Part shown: positions 18,767-26,849 of the stretch, piece after piece
Numbering within the stretch: the stretch's first letter is position 1
Layout: each line of letters opens with the position of its first letter
Assembly (NCBI GenBank): GCA_020348445.1
Contig: CP070751.1
Location: 4,217,086-4,281,085, forward strand
Direction of reading: 5' to 3'
Length of the DNA: 64,000 bases
From: Thermoplasmata archaeon
Lineage (GTDB): Archaea > Thermoplasmatota > Thermoplasmata > GCA-020350865
The notes under the pieces: generated by a model
Told to the model about the DNA's origin: nothing
The model's database searches: none
What the model saw: only the letters and a program-made list of their open reading frames with translations
Made by a program: the position numbers and the translations under genes

Positions 18767-19546
18767 ATGTTCATTATAAAATTCGGCGGGAGCGTAATAA
18801 CCGATAAAAAGCAAAAATACACATTCGAAAGATCCACCATACTGCGTCTTATCTCCGAGATAAAAGAGGCACAAAAAAGAACTCTCGTGGTACATGGTGC
18901 AGGCTCCTTTGGGCATATCATGGCAAAAGAATATGAACTGCATAAAGGCTACAAGAACGAGGGACAGATACAAGCCGCTGCAGGTGTTCAAAAGGATGTG
19001 AAACACCTGAATCTCATGGTGCTTGATAGTTTTTTGGAGATTGGAATAAGCGCGGTTTCCCTAGCTCCCAGCTCTTTTGTAATCAACGAAAATGGCAAGA
19101 TCAAGAGCATGGATATGGGTTCTTTTAAGCGATATTTTGACATGGGATTTACACCCATCACGTTCGGAGATGTTGTTTTAGATGATGCAATTTCGTTCTC
19201 CATATGCTCAGGCGATCAACTCATGCTTGAACTTGCCAGGACCTTTTTACCAGAAAAGGCCATATTCGTGGCCGATATAGACGGTATATTCTCTTCTGCC
19301 CCTCAATCAGATGAAAGTCCCAAGCTTCTGCCAACAATTGACGAGGATATCTTTTTATCAATTAAAAAAAGTGATAGCCATGTGGATGATGTAACAGGCA
19401 GTATATATGGTAAGCTGGAAATAATGTTTGAAATCGCTTCCTTGGGACTGGAAACGATAATACTAAACGGCAGGGTTGAAAACCGGCTCAAGGAGGCCCT
19501 CCAAGGCAAAGATATAGTATGCACAAAAATTGAAAGTAGACATTAA
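18767..19546 (+). CDS. ipk: Isopentenyl phosphate kinase
   Basis: IIKFGGSVITDK, VHGAGSFGH, PITFGDVV, SGDQ, DVTGSIYGK; likely start 18767. Confidence 0.92.
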   Translation: MFIIKFGGSVITDKKQKYTFERSTILRLISEIKEAQKRTLVVHGAGSFGHIMAKEYELHKGYKNEGQIQAAAGVQKDVKHLNLMVLDSFLEIGISAVSLAPSSFVINENGKIKSMDMGSFKRYFDMGFTPITFGDVVLDDAISFSICSGDQLMLELARTFLPEKAIFVADIDGIFSSAPQSDESPKLLPTIDEDIFLSIKKSDSHVDDVTGSIYGKLEIMFEIASLGLETIILNGRVENRLKEALQGKDIVCTKIESRH

Positions 19547-19559
19547 AGGAGGCCTGTTT

Positions 19560-20615
19560 ATGATAGAGAACAGAAAGGAAGATCATGTTAATATCTGTTT
19601 AAAAGAGGATGTAAAGGCCCATTACAACTTCTGGGATGACGTTCATTTCATGCATCATGCCTTACCAGAAATGGATTTCTCTGACATCGATACCAGGGTG
19701 AATGTACTGGGTAAGGAACTATCGGCCCCCATTATCATCTCTGCCATAACAGGGGGATATCCAGATGCCAAGGCCATCAACAGGAACCTTGCAGAGGCTG
19801 CAAGCAAGTTAAAAATCGGACTGGGGATAGGAAGCCAGAGGGCAGCTTTGGAGAACAAAGATCTTGTGGATACATATTCGGTTGTGGGTGATTTTGATAT
19901 TCCGTTGGTCGTGGGCAATGTTGGGGCTCCCCAGCTTATTTCCCAGGATGATTCTGTAGCCCTAAACGAGGAAAAAATCCAGGATGCTTTTGAGATGATC
20001 AATGCGGATGTGCTGGCTGTGCATGTGAACTACCTACAGGAGGTGGTGCAGCCCGAAGGGAATGTAAATGCCAAGGGCTGCTTGGCTGCATTAAAGCGTC
20101 TGGCTTTGAAGTACCCCCTAATTGCCAAAGAAACAGGGAGTGGGATATCGAGAAAAACGGCACAGGAATTGAAAAGAGCAGGTGTTATTGGAATCGATGT
20201 GGGGGGTCTTGGTGGCACCAGTTTTTCGGCAGTGGAGGTTTACCGAGCTAGGAATGTGAAAGATGATTTGAAAGAGAGAATTGGAAGAACTTTCTGGGAC
20301 TGGGGAATTCCAACGCCAATTAGCGTTGTAGAGGCAAACGTGGGTCTTGACGTCATTGCCACTGGCGGGATAAGAAATGGTGTGGATGTGGCCAGGGCTT
20401 TGGCCTTGGGTGCTGATTCGGCTGGTATGGCTGGAGCCTTACTTACGGCCGCAACACAAAGTTCTGAGGTGGTACAAAATCAGCTTACGGCTGTGATACA
20501 TGAGCTTAAGGTTACTATGTTTCTTACCGGATCGAAAAATGTATCAGAGTTAATGCGAGAGGATGTGATTCTCACCGGAATGGTAAAGGAATGGATGGAC
20601 CAAATAGTTGAGTAA
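19560..20615 (+). CDS. fni: Type 2 isopentenyl-diphosphate delta-isomerase
   Basis: RKEDHV, SAITGG, GSQRAA, NVG, HVNYLQE..QPEG, KETGSG, GGTSF, TGGIRNG; likely start 19560. Confidence 0.95.
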   Translation: MIENRKEDHVNICLKEDVKAHYNFWDDVHFMHHALPEMDFSDIDTRVNVLGKELSAPIIISAITGGYPDAKAINRNLAEAASKLKIGLGIGSQRAALENKDLVDTYSVVGDFDIPLVVGNVGAPQLISQDDSVALNEEKIQDAFEMINADVLAVHVNYLQEVVQPEGNVNAKGCLAALKRLALKYPLIAKETGSGISRKTAQELKRAGVIGIDVGGLGGTSFSAVEVYRARNVKDDLKERIGRTFWDWGIPTPISVVEANVGLDVIATGGIRNGVDVARALALGADSAGMAGALLTAATQSSEVVQNQLTAVIHELKVTMFLTGSKNVSELMREDVILTGMVKEWMDQIVE

Positions 20616-20624
20616 AACTGAGGC

Positions 20625-21614
20625 GTGAAAATGGACCTAATCAGCATGCTTTCAGACAGAATTATTGCTGTGAACCAGGCTCTTGAGAGTGCCCTGGACA
20701 TTGGGGAGCATGATAAATTACGCGAGGCAATTCGCCACATACCTATGGCTGGTGGAAAGAGACTTAGGCCTGTTTTGGCCATGCTCACCGCCGATTCCAT
20801 TTCGGAATGCGGTGATAAGGTGATTCCCTTTGGTGTCTCCCTGGAGTTGATTCACAATTTCACACTTTTACATGATGATGTTATGGATAAAGATTCTTTG
20901 AGGAGGGGAGTTGAAACTGTTCATGTACTTTTCGACGAGGCTACGGCGATCAATGCAGGTGATGTGCTTTTCGCCAGGGCCTTTGAAACGCTCTCAACAA
21001 CAGACGTTAGTGATGCCGTAATCAGGGACCTAGTTCGGGAAGTTGCTGGGGCTGTGCGCAACATAGGGGAAGGCCAGCAACTGGACAAGGATTTTGAGCA
21101 AAGGACAGACATTACAGAAGAGGATTACCTGAAGATGATAGAGTACAAGACAGCCAGATTATTTCAGATTGCCTCCAAGGGAGGAGCAATGATCGCCCAG
21201 GGAACCCAAGAACAGGTAAATGCAATGTCCGAGTACGGGAAACTGCTGGGCATGGGTTTTCAGATATGGGATGATTTTCTGGACTTGAAGGCCGATGAAT
21301 CACTTTTGGGAAAACCTGTGGGAAGCGATATTAAGAACGGTAAGAGAACCTTAATGGTTGTCCACGCTCTGGCAAGATTGGAAGGCCAGGAAAGGGACAC
21401 ATTCTTTGGGGTATTGGGCAATCAAAATGCCTCTTCTGATGATGTACAAGGTGCCATCGCTCTCATGGATAAGGTGGGTTCAACGACTTACGCTGAGCAA
21501 ATGGCATTGGGCTTTGCCAAAAGATCCAAGGAACTACTTGAAATTCTCCCTGAATCAGAGCACAAGGAGATTCTAAAAAAGATCACTGATTATATGGTCC
21601 AGAGGGAAAAATAA
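20625..21614 (+). CDS. idsA: Geranylgeranyl diphosphate synthase (polyprenyl synthetase)
   Basis: GGKRLRP, LIHNFTLLHDDVMDKDSLRRG (FARM), GQQLD, YKTA, FQIWDDFLD (SARM). Confidence 0.9.
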   Translation: MKMDLISMLSDRIIAVNQALESALDIGEHDKLREAIRHIPMAGGKRLRPVLAMLTADSISECGDKVIPFGVSLELIHNFTLLHDDVMDKDSLRRGVETVHVLFDEATAINAGDVLFARAFETLSTTDVSDAVIRDLVREVAGAVRNIGEGQQLDKDFEQRTDITEEDYLKMIEYKTARLFQIASKGGAMIAQGTQEQVNAMSEYGKLLGMGFQIWDDFLDLKADESLLGKPVGSDIKNGKRTLMVVHALARLEGQERDTFFGVLGNQNASSDDVQGAIALMDKVGSTTYAEQMALGFAKRSKELLEILPESEHKEILKKITDYMVQREK

Positions 21615-21617
21615 ACA

Positions 21618-22307
21618 TCAATTTGCCGCTTCAACACCCTTTTCTGTGATCTTGAACTCACAGGACAGTCCCTCGGGGCGCCATCTGAATTTTTTAATTA
21701 TGGCCCTTCTCAGGCCTCCATCGCCAATATTCTCAAGTTTTATTATGTCTTTGGCATAATGGGAGAGGGCGTGACCTCCTATTGGCTCGAAGGAGTTCGT
21801 CTTGGGATCAGTGTAAACCTGGGTTGTTACCACCACAGGAATCCCCCTTTTTCTTGAGATTTGTAGCAATTGGTTCAGCTGTCTTCCTAGTGACTGTCTT
21901 CCATTTACCTCGCATTCGTCTCCAAATGTTGCACGGTAATGTACAGTTGCCGAGTCCATAACAATGAGGCCCACTTCCTCCTTGGCCTCGGCGAGCCGAA
22001 CAGCATCATCCACATTCTTCTCCTGTTCTTCCAGGGAATACGGAGTAAAGAAAAGCAGACCCTTTGTCACAGCAGGAAAATCCTCGTTGCAGATCTGAGA
22101 AAGGCGCTCAAATGACACACCCTCAGTATCTATAAAAATGACTTTCTTACCATTTAATACAACATTTCTTGCCAATTGTAGGCAGATATTGGTCTTTCCA
22201 CTGCCTGCCTCGCCGTACAGGCTGGTCAGCGAACCTGATTCGATGCCTCCACCTAGGATTTCATCGAGAGGCTCACATTGTGTTGGTATCTTTTCGCTCT
22301 TTTTCAT
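21618..22307 (-). CDS. radB: DNA repair and recombination protein RadB
   Basis: LDEILGGGIE, YGEAGSGKTN, IFIDTEG, LIVMDS, TTQVY, GGHALSHYAK, RRAIIKK; likely start 22307. Confidence 0.93.
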   Translation of the reverse strand: MKKSEKIPTQCEPLDEILGGGIESGSLTSLYGEAGSGKTNICLQLARNVVLNGKKVIFIDTEGVSFERLSQICNEDFPAVTKGLLFFTPYSLEEQEKNVDDAVRLAEAKEEVGLIVMDSATVHYRATFGDECEVNGRQSLGRQLNQLLQISRKRGIPVVVTTQVYTDPKTNSFEPIGGHALSHYAKDIIKLENIGDGGLRRAIIKKFRWRPEGLSCEFKITEKGVEAAN

Positions 22308-22420
22308 GTAAATTACACCTAATTTAGGGAAACCATATTGGTTTATCATCGTTTATAACTTTTACTTATCAGACGCCTATCCTGGTAAAAACTTATTAAT
22401 TGATTACGGTATTTAGGCAA

Positions 22421-22440
22421 AAAGCGATAAGGTATATAAG
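22421..22440 (+). promoter_or_regulatory. Putative BRE-TATA upstream of the tRNA-Leu locus
   Basis: aaaagcgataaggTATATAAg; no TATA-like element seen immediately upstream of 22657. Confidence 0.4.
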
Positions 22441-22507
22441 TGAAATAGAGGGACTCCACTGAAACTACTATGAATTATTAGGTTCTTCTGATATACATCC
22501 ATTAAAT

Positions 22508-22520
22508 GCGGGGGTACCTG
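22508..22520 (+). repeat. 13-bp direct copy of the tRNA-Leu 5' end
   Basis: GCGGGGGTACCTG identical to 22657-22669. Confidence 0.9.
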
Positions 22521-22656
22521 CACTTGATGTGACCGCAGGGCCCATCTATGCCCTCGGAAACCTTATACGCTGAAAGATGTATCGGTTTCCTGCGGGAGCT
22601 TGGCCTTCCAAGCTCTCAACATTGCTGAGTTCCCCTTCATTGCTATTAGTTCATAA

Positions 22657-22771
22657 GCGGGGGTACCTGAGCTTGGAAAACAATAGGGCTTTTTGGCCTT
22701 ATTGGCCTAAAAGGGCAGGGCTTAGGACCCTGTTGCGTAGGCATACGAGGGTTCAAATCCCTCCCCCCGCA
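22657..22771 (+). tRNA. tRNA-Leu(UAG) with a 31-nt D-loop intron (about 21/22; 22680-22710)
   Basis: Acceptor GCGGGGG/CCCCCGC, discriminator A, anticodon stem CAGGG/CCCTG, TAG at 22723-25, long variable arm TGC-GTAG-GCA, T-arm GAGGG-TTCAAAT-CCCTC. Removing the intron restores AGCTTGGAAAAAGG. Intron hairpin CAATAGGGC/GCCTTATTG. Confidence 0.9.
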
Positions 22772-22840
22772 TACCATTATCGTATAATTTGTAGAGAGGA
22801 GCGGCGATAAATCGTTTTAATAGCGGAGATCCTCTTTAGC

Positions 22841-23520
22841 AATCCCTGTAACCGCCACGGTCCCCGCTTCTCATGTAAATAAAGAAGAGCGGAGCGAGGC
22901 GGTAGGGGTTTGCAGGGGTGGGAAGCGAAATCCCGACCTCGTATATACCCTTCTTCTAGCAAGACTAAAAAGAGTCCTTGCCAATCTCAGTCAAAGGCTG
23001 AGAGGGACAACAAATCCCCGACCTGAGAGTCTCTTCTCGTATCAAAGTCTGTTGCCCTCCGCCTTTGTGGATGCACCGATGAGTAAGTTATGGTCCTACA
23101 GATCGGGATCCATGTATCACTCACGAGTTTGTGTCGCAAGGATAGGAAGGGAATACCTCTCAGCCTAAAAAACAATTTCGGAGGTTGAGAGTATGAACCG
23201 AGGCTCACCTTTGCTAAGACATAGCCTTTACCTTGCAGCCAACGTAGCAAGAAACTGCGATGATAGCTTTAAAGAATATTTCGAGAAGAAAATGGCTAAG
23301 GGAAAGCATTTCAAAGCAGCCGTTAATGCCACAGCTGGAAAGATGCTTCGCGTAGTATATTATGTTCTAAAGGAGGATAAAGATTACAGAGTGATCAGAA
23401 ACTGAGCGCTAACACCATCAATGGACACGAGGAGCTCATAACATCTCCTTAGCCAAGGCTATTTAAAATAGTGTTCGGAAATGCTAAAAGGAAACCTTTA
23501 ATAGTAAGCTTTTATAGTCA
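22841..23520 (+). mobile_element. Internally deleted IS110-family element (structured non-coding left end plus transposase C-terminal remnant); boundaries approximate
   Basis: Several hairpins in 22841-23170; GGAGGT RBS (23180-85) and ATG fused directly to an IS110 C-terminal segment. Confidence 0.65.
23193..23405 (+). pseudogene. IS110 transposase C-terminal remnant (70 aa)
   Basis: RGSPLLRHSLYLAA...FKEYFEKK..KGKHFKAAVNATAGKMLRVVYYVLK matches the IS110 C-terminal pattern (RGS..LR..LY.AA...YY.KK...GK....A..A.A.KL.R..Y..LK). The DEDD RuvC domain and the catalytic Ser segment are absent. Confidence 0.8.
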
Positions 23521-23901
23521 ATGACGAATTTCATTAGGGATCCACTATAGTCTTTGACTATAAAGTGGGTGACACTATAAACAATTATAGCCATGTCGAC
23601 CACGATTATCCAATTTTCGGAGTAAACATTGAGTAAGGTCTGTCGAAGGCCGAAACCCGATAATTGGGAACTGCGTGCTTGAGTCAATGGCGGAGGCTCC
23701 AGCCGTTAGGGATTGAGCTATGTGGATTGCGATTATGTACTTGTTAAAACCCGCCACGAACCCGCCAAAAACCCGACATACAGGCAATTGTAGAAGGTCT
23801 AGAAAAAAAAGATAGACCAAATAATGAATGAGCTTTATGAGGATAAACTTAATGAAATTAAAATAGTTGAAAATCAATACAGAGAAGATAAGGTGCCCAA
23901 C

Positions 23902-23988
23902 ATGCCATGGTCATTGAAAGTTGAGGTGGACCGAAAGGTCTTCAAGTGGCTCAAGGAGAGCTCCGGCAGGACAGAACGGAGGTTCTAA
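23902..23988 (+). pseudogene. Possible truncated RelE/ParE-family toxin N-terminus (28 aa)
   Basis: MPWSLKVEVDRKVFKWLKESSGRTERRF*; resembles the RelE N-terminal beta-alpha pattern, but the sequence is very short. Confidence 0.3.
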
Positions 23989-23991
23989 CAC

Positions 23992-25320
23992 ATGAAGGAA
24001 TCTGAGACCCTGGAACTGAAACGCTCGACATCGGAATTGAAGGAAGCGGTAATATCTGTTTCCGCCATCCTCAACAAGCACGGGAAGGGTGAGATATACT
24101 TTGGCGTAAAGAACGACGGCACAGTTGTAGGCCAGCAGGTCAGTGAAAAGACATTGCGGGACATATCACAGGCCATAACCAACAACATAGAGCCGAAGAT
24201 ATACCCAAGGATCGAGAAGAAAAATATCGAATCAAAGGATTGCATCTATGTGGCATTCGAAGGGGATAATTCCCTATACTATGCCTACGGCCGCGTCTAT
24301 ATGCGGGTGAGTGACGAGGACAGGCCGCTCAGCCCCAAAGAGATAGAGCGCCTGATCATCGAGAAGAACAGAACAACCAATTATTGGGACTTCCAAACTT
24401 CCGGCTCTACCCCTGAGGATATAGATGAGAAAGAACTCGTGGGTTTCGTAGAGAGAGCTAAACAGGCGGGTCGCCTGGAATCGGACAGCGATAATAATAG
24501 AGTGGTTCTCGACAAACTGGGATTGTTGGACGGTGATAGATTGCGCAATGCTGGCCAGATCCTCTTCTGCGATAGCAACCCATTGGAAGTCCAGCTAGCG
24601 GTATTTGCAGGAGCTGACAAGACTACGTTTTTGGACATCAAACAGCTCAAAGGCAATATTTTCTATCTTATGAATGAATCCGAGCTCTATCTCAAATCAA
24701 ATATACGCTGGGGCGTCCAGTTCGGTAGGTTGGAACGCGAAGAGACACCTGAGATACCGATAAAAGCGTTAAGAGAAGCCCTTGTCAATTCATTCTGCCA
24801 CAGGGACTATCTGAATCCGAAAGGGAATGAAATTGCAATTTTCAAAGATCGCATAGAGATCTACAACCCCGGAAGCTTTCCAGAGGGATTACGACCAGAG
24901 GATTATGTGAAAGGCGACGAACGCTCTGTTCTCCGAAATCCGCTTCTCGCCAACATTCTCTATCTCTCCAAGGATATCGAGAAATGGGGTTCCGGCTTAA
25001 AACGTATTTATGAGGAATGTCAGGCCGATGACGTAAGGGTTAAATTCAAACCTTTGAAGACCGGGTTCCTAACCATGTTTTACAGAAAACCCTCATCCAT
25101 CGGTGGGTTGGGTGAAAAGTTGGGTGAAAAGTTGGGTGAAACCGAGGAGAAGATACTGGGTCTGCTTTCAGAGAATCCAACGATGCCGATAACTGAACTT
25201 GCTGAAAAAATCGGGATAAGCACAACAGCGGTTGAAAAGAACATAAAGAAACTGAAAGAAAAGGGGCTTTTAGAGCGAAAAGGACCGGCTAAAGGAGGTT
25301 TTTGGAAGGTCAAAGTATAA
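23992..25320 (+). CDS. Schlafen/AlbA_2 domain protein with HATPase_c_4 (RecG-C-like) domain and C-terminal wHTH
   Basis: ESETLELKRS, SAILNKHGKGEIYFGVKNDG, ALREALVNSFCHRDY, IEIYNPG, RNPLLANIL, IEKWGSG, GLLERKGPAKGGFWKV. Confidence 0.9.
   Translation: MKESETLELKRSTSELKEAVISVSAILNKHGKGEIYFGVKNDGTVVGQQVSEKTLRDISQAITNNIEPKIYPRIEKKNIESKDCIYVAFEGDNSLYYAYGRVYMRVSDEDRPLSPKEIERLIIEKNRTTNYWDFQTSGSTPEDIDEKELVGFVERAKQAGRLESDSDNNRVVLDKLGLLDGDRLRNAGQILFCDSNPLEVQLAVFAGADKTTFLDIKQLKGNIFYLMNESELYLKSNIRWGVQFGRLEREETPEIPIKALREALVNSFCHRDYLNPKGNEIAIFKDRIEIYNPGSFPEGLRPEDYVKGDERSVLRNPLLANILYLSKDIEKWGSGLKRIYEECQADDVRVKFKPLKTGFLTMFYRKPSSIGGLGEKLGEKLGETEEKILGLLSENPTMPITELAEKIGISTTAVEKNIKKLKEKGLLERKGPAKGGFWKVKV
25107..25141 (+). 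repeat. 12-bp tandem repeat (about 2.9 copies) encoding LGEK
   Basis: gttgggtgaaaa x2 plus gttgggtgaaa, in the linker before the wHTH. Confidence 0.85.
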
Positions 25321-25416
25321 ACTCAAAATACCGAAAATGTTTAGATTAGAAGGGGGGAAATTCGAAAGGGTGAACAACTTCTATTTCAGCAAATAATTGA
25401 ATGAGGGGGTATTGGA

Positions 25417-26094
25417 TTGGCTGATCTAAAAAGTGGAAAATGTAATTACTGCGATAAAATCGTCAATAAATCAGGGATTAAGAAACATATTGCTGCTTGT
25501 AAGGAAAAGAAATCAACCCAACAGGGTGTTCCAAGTCATGAAAAAACAAAGTACTTTCATCTAATGGTTGATGGGAAGTATTCACCTGAATATTGGTTAT
25601 ATCTCGATGTAAAATCGACGACCAAACTCAAAGCTTTAGATGATTTTCTTAGACAGATATGGTTGGAGTGCTGCGGTCATTTGAGTGCATTTAGAATCAG
25701 GGATCAGACATATTCCTCATATCCTGATAAGTCATTCGGTGATAGAAGTATGAATTACAAACTCGAAGATTTAATGGGTGAGGGGATGACCTTTGGCTAT
25801 GAATATGATTTTGGGACAACTACTGAACTAAACCTAAAAGTTACTTCGGAAAGTGAGGGAAAAAGCAGGAGGAAAGCAATAGAAGTCATGGCAAGGAATA
25901 CCGCGCCTGATGTTAGATGTTCTGCTTGCGGGAAAATCGCCACACAAGTATGCGCTCAGTGTATATGGGAAAATAAGGGCTGGCTTTGTGATAAATGCGG
26001 AGAAGTTCACAAATGCGGTGAAGAAATGTTGCTACCTGTAGTAAATTCACCACGAGTTGGAATGTGCGGATATACTGGAAACGGAATAATATAA
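25417..26094 (+). CDS. pRiA4b ORF-3-like protein with N- and C-terminal Zn-finger motifs
   Basis: LKALDDFLRQIWLECCGHLSAF, YEYDFGTTTEL, CNYC...HIAAC, CSAC/CAQC/CDKC/HKC, VVNSPRVGMCGYTG; TTG start. Confidence 0.8.
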   Translation: MADLKSGKCNYCDKIVNKSGIKKHIAACKEKKSTQQGVPSHEKTKYFHLMVDGKYSPEYWLYLDVKSTTKLKALDDFLRQIWLECCGHLSAFRIRDQTYSSYPDKSFGDRSMNYKLEDLMGEGMTFGYEYDFGTTTELNLKVTSESEGKSRRKAIEVMARNTAPDVRCSACGKIATQVCAQCIWENKGWLCDKCGEVHKCGEEMLLPVVNSPRVGMCGYTGNGII

Positions 26095-26484
26095 TTATAC
26101 TTCTTGGGGGTTTTTCACCGTTTGGTGAAAATACGAAAAATAGTGAAAAAGAAACTTAAAAAAGCCATCCACCTTGGGATAGGAAAGACCACTGCTAGAA
26201 GGCTTGTACTGCTATACCAAAAAGATGATGAACAAGGAAAGGTAGACCCAAAAAGGGCGGGATGTAATAGGAAAGTTAATGGCACTTTTATAGAAAATGA
26301 GGATCAACAGGAAGCCAAAACTGAAAATTCAAAAAATCAAGTCCAGGATGATCCGTTTCCCTCAAATGATTATGTTCAAAATAGAATGCCAAAAACATTC
26401 CAAATATCCAATTCGCTCCCTCGAAAAGATGAGGTAAAGACATATATTTTAGGCACCCCCGAATTCAACCTTAAATCCTCAGCA

Positions 26485-26498
26485 CTCCCCCCGCATAC
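26485..26498 (+). repeat. att-like direct copy of the tRNA-Leu 3' end
   Basis: CTCCCCCCGCATAC identical to 22761-22774, with partial similarity on both flanks. Confidence 0.8.
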
Positions 26499-26849
26499 AA
26501 TTGTTTTTTAATTTGAGGGGGGATAATAGCATTTAATAGCATTAGGGATTTGAACTAAGGATGAAAGGAGATAACTAGCACTTATTTTCATTTTTCTATT
26601 ATCGATAAACTAAAAAAGTTAGGGATATATTTAAATAAAACCTCATGAGTATTATATATAAGACTTTTGTAAAAACTTCTACAAAAAGCTCAAATACTAT
26701 GAGGTTCCAGATAATAGACACAGTAAAACTGTCTAATCAACTAGAAGGAAACAAGTGGCCTTTACCAACGACCCCTTGGAAGGAAAAATTTCATGTTTGC
26801 TAGTTTGCATTGTCCGGGGAGGGGTGGGATTGGGACCTTTTTATTCACA

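Noticed and set aside
22521-22630. C/D-box sRNA interpretation (TGATGT, CTGA, AGATGT, CTGA)
   Set aside because: Boxes are degenerate and spacing (about 100 nt) is far above typical archaeal C/D RNAs; the tRNA-antisense stretch is not directly upstream of a D box.
22577-23250. Short ORFs 22577-22810, 22777-22962 and 22987-23250
   Set aside because: They overlap the tRNA and the structured IS end, and have no protein-like features.
23484-23877. Minus-strand ORFs of 67 and 100 aa inside the island
   Set aside because: No RBS or recognisable motif; they overlap in different frames and look like decayed DNA.
26104-26511. 135-aa TTG-start ORF with a segment (LGIGKTTARRLVLLY...GKVDPKRAG) reminiscent of an IS630-type HTH
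   Set aside because: It reads through the att-like repeat, has no RBS, and the similarity is too weak to call without a search; at most a transposase relic.
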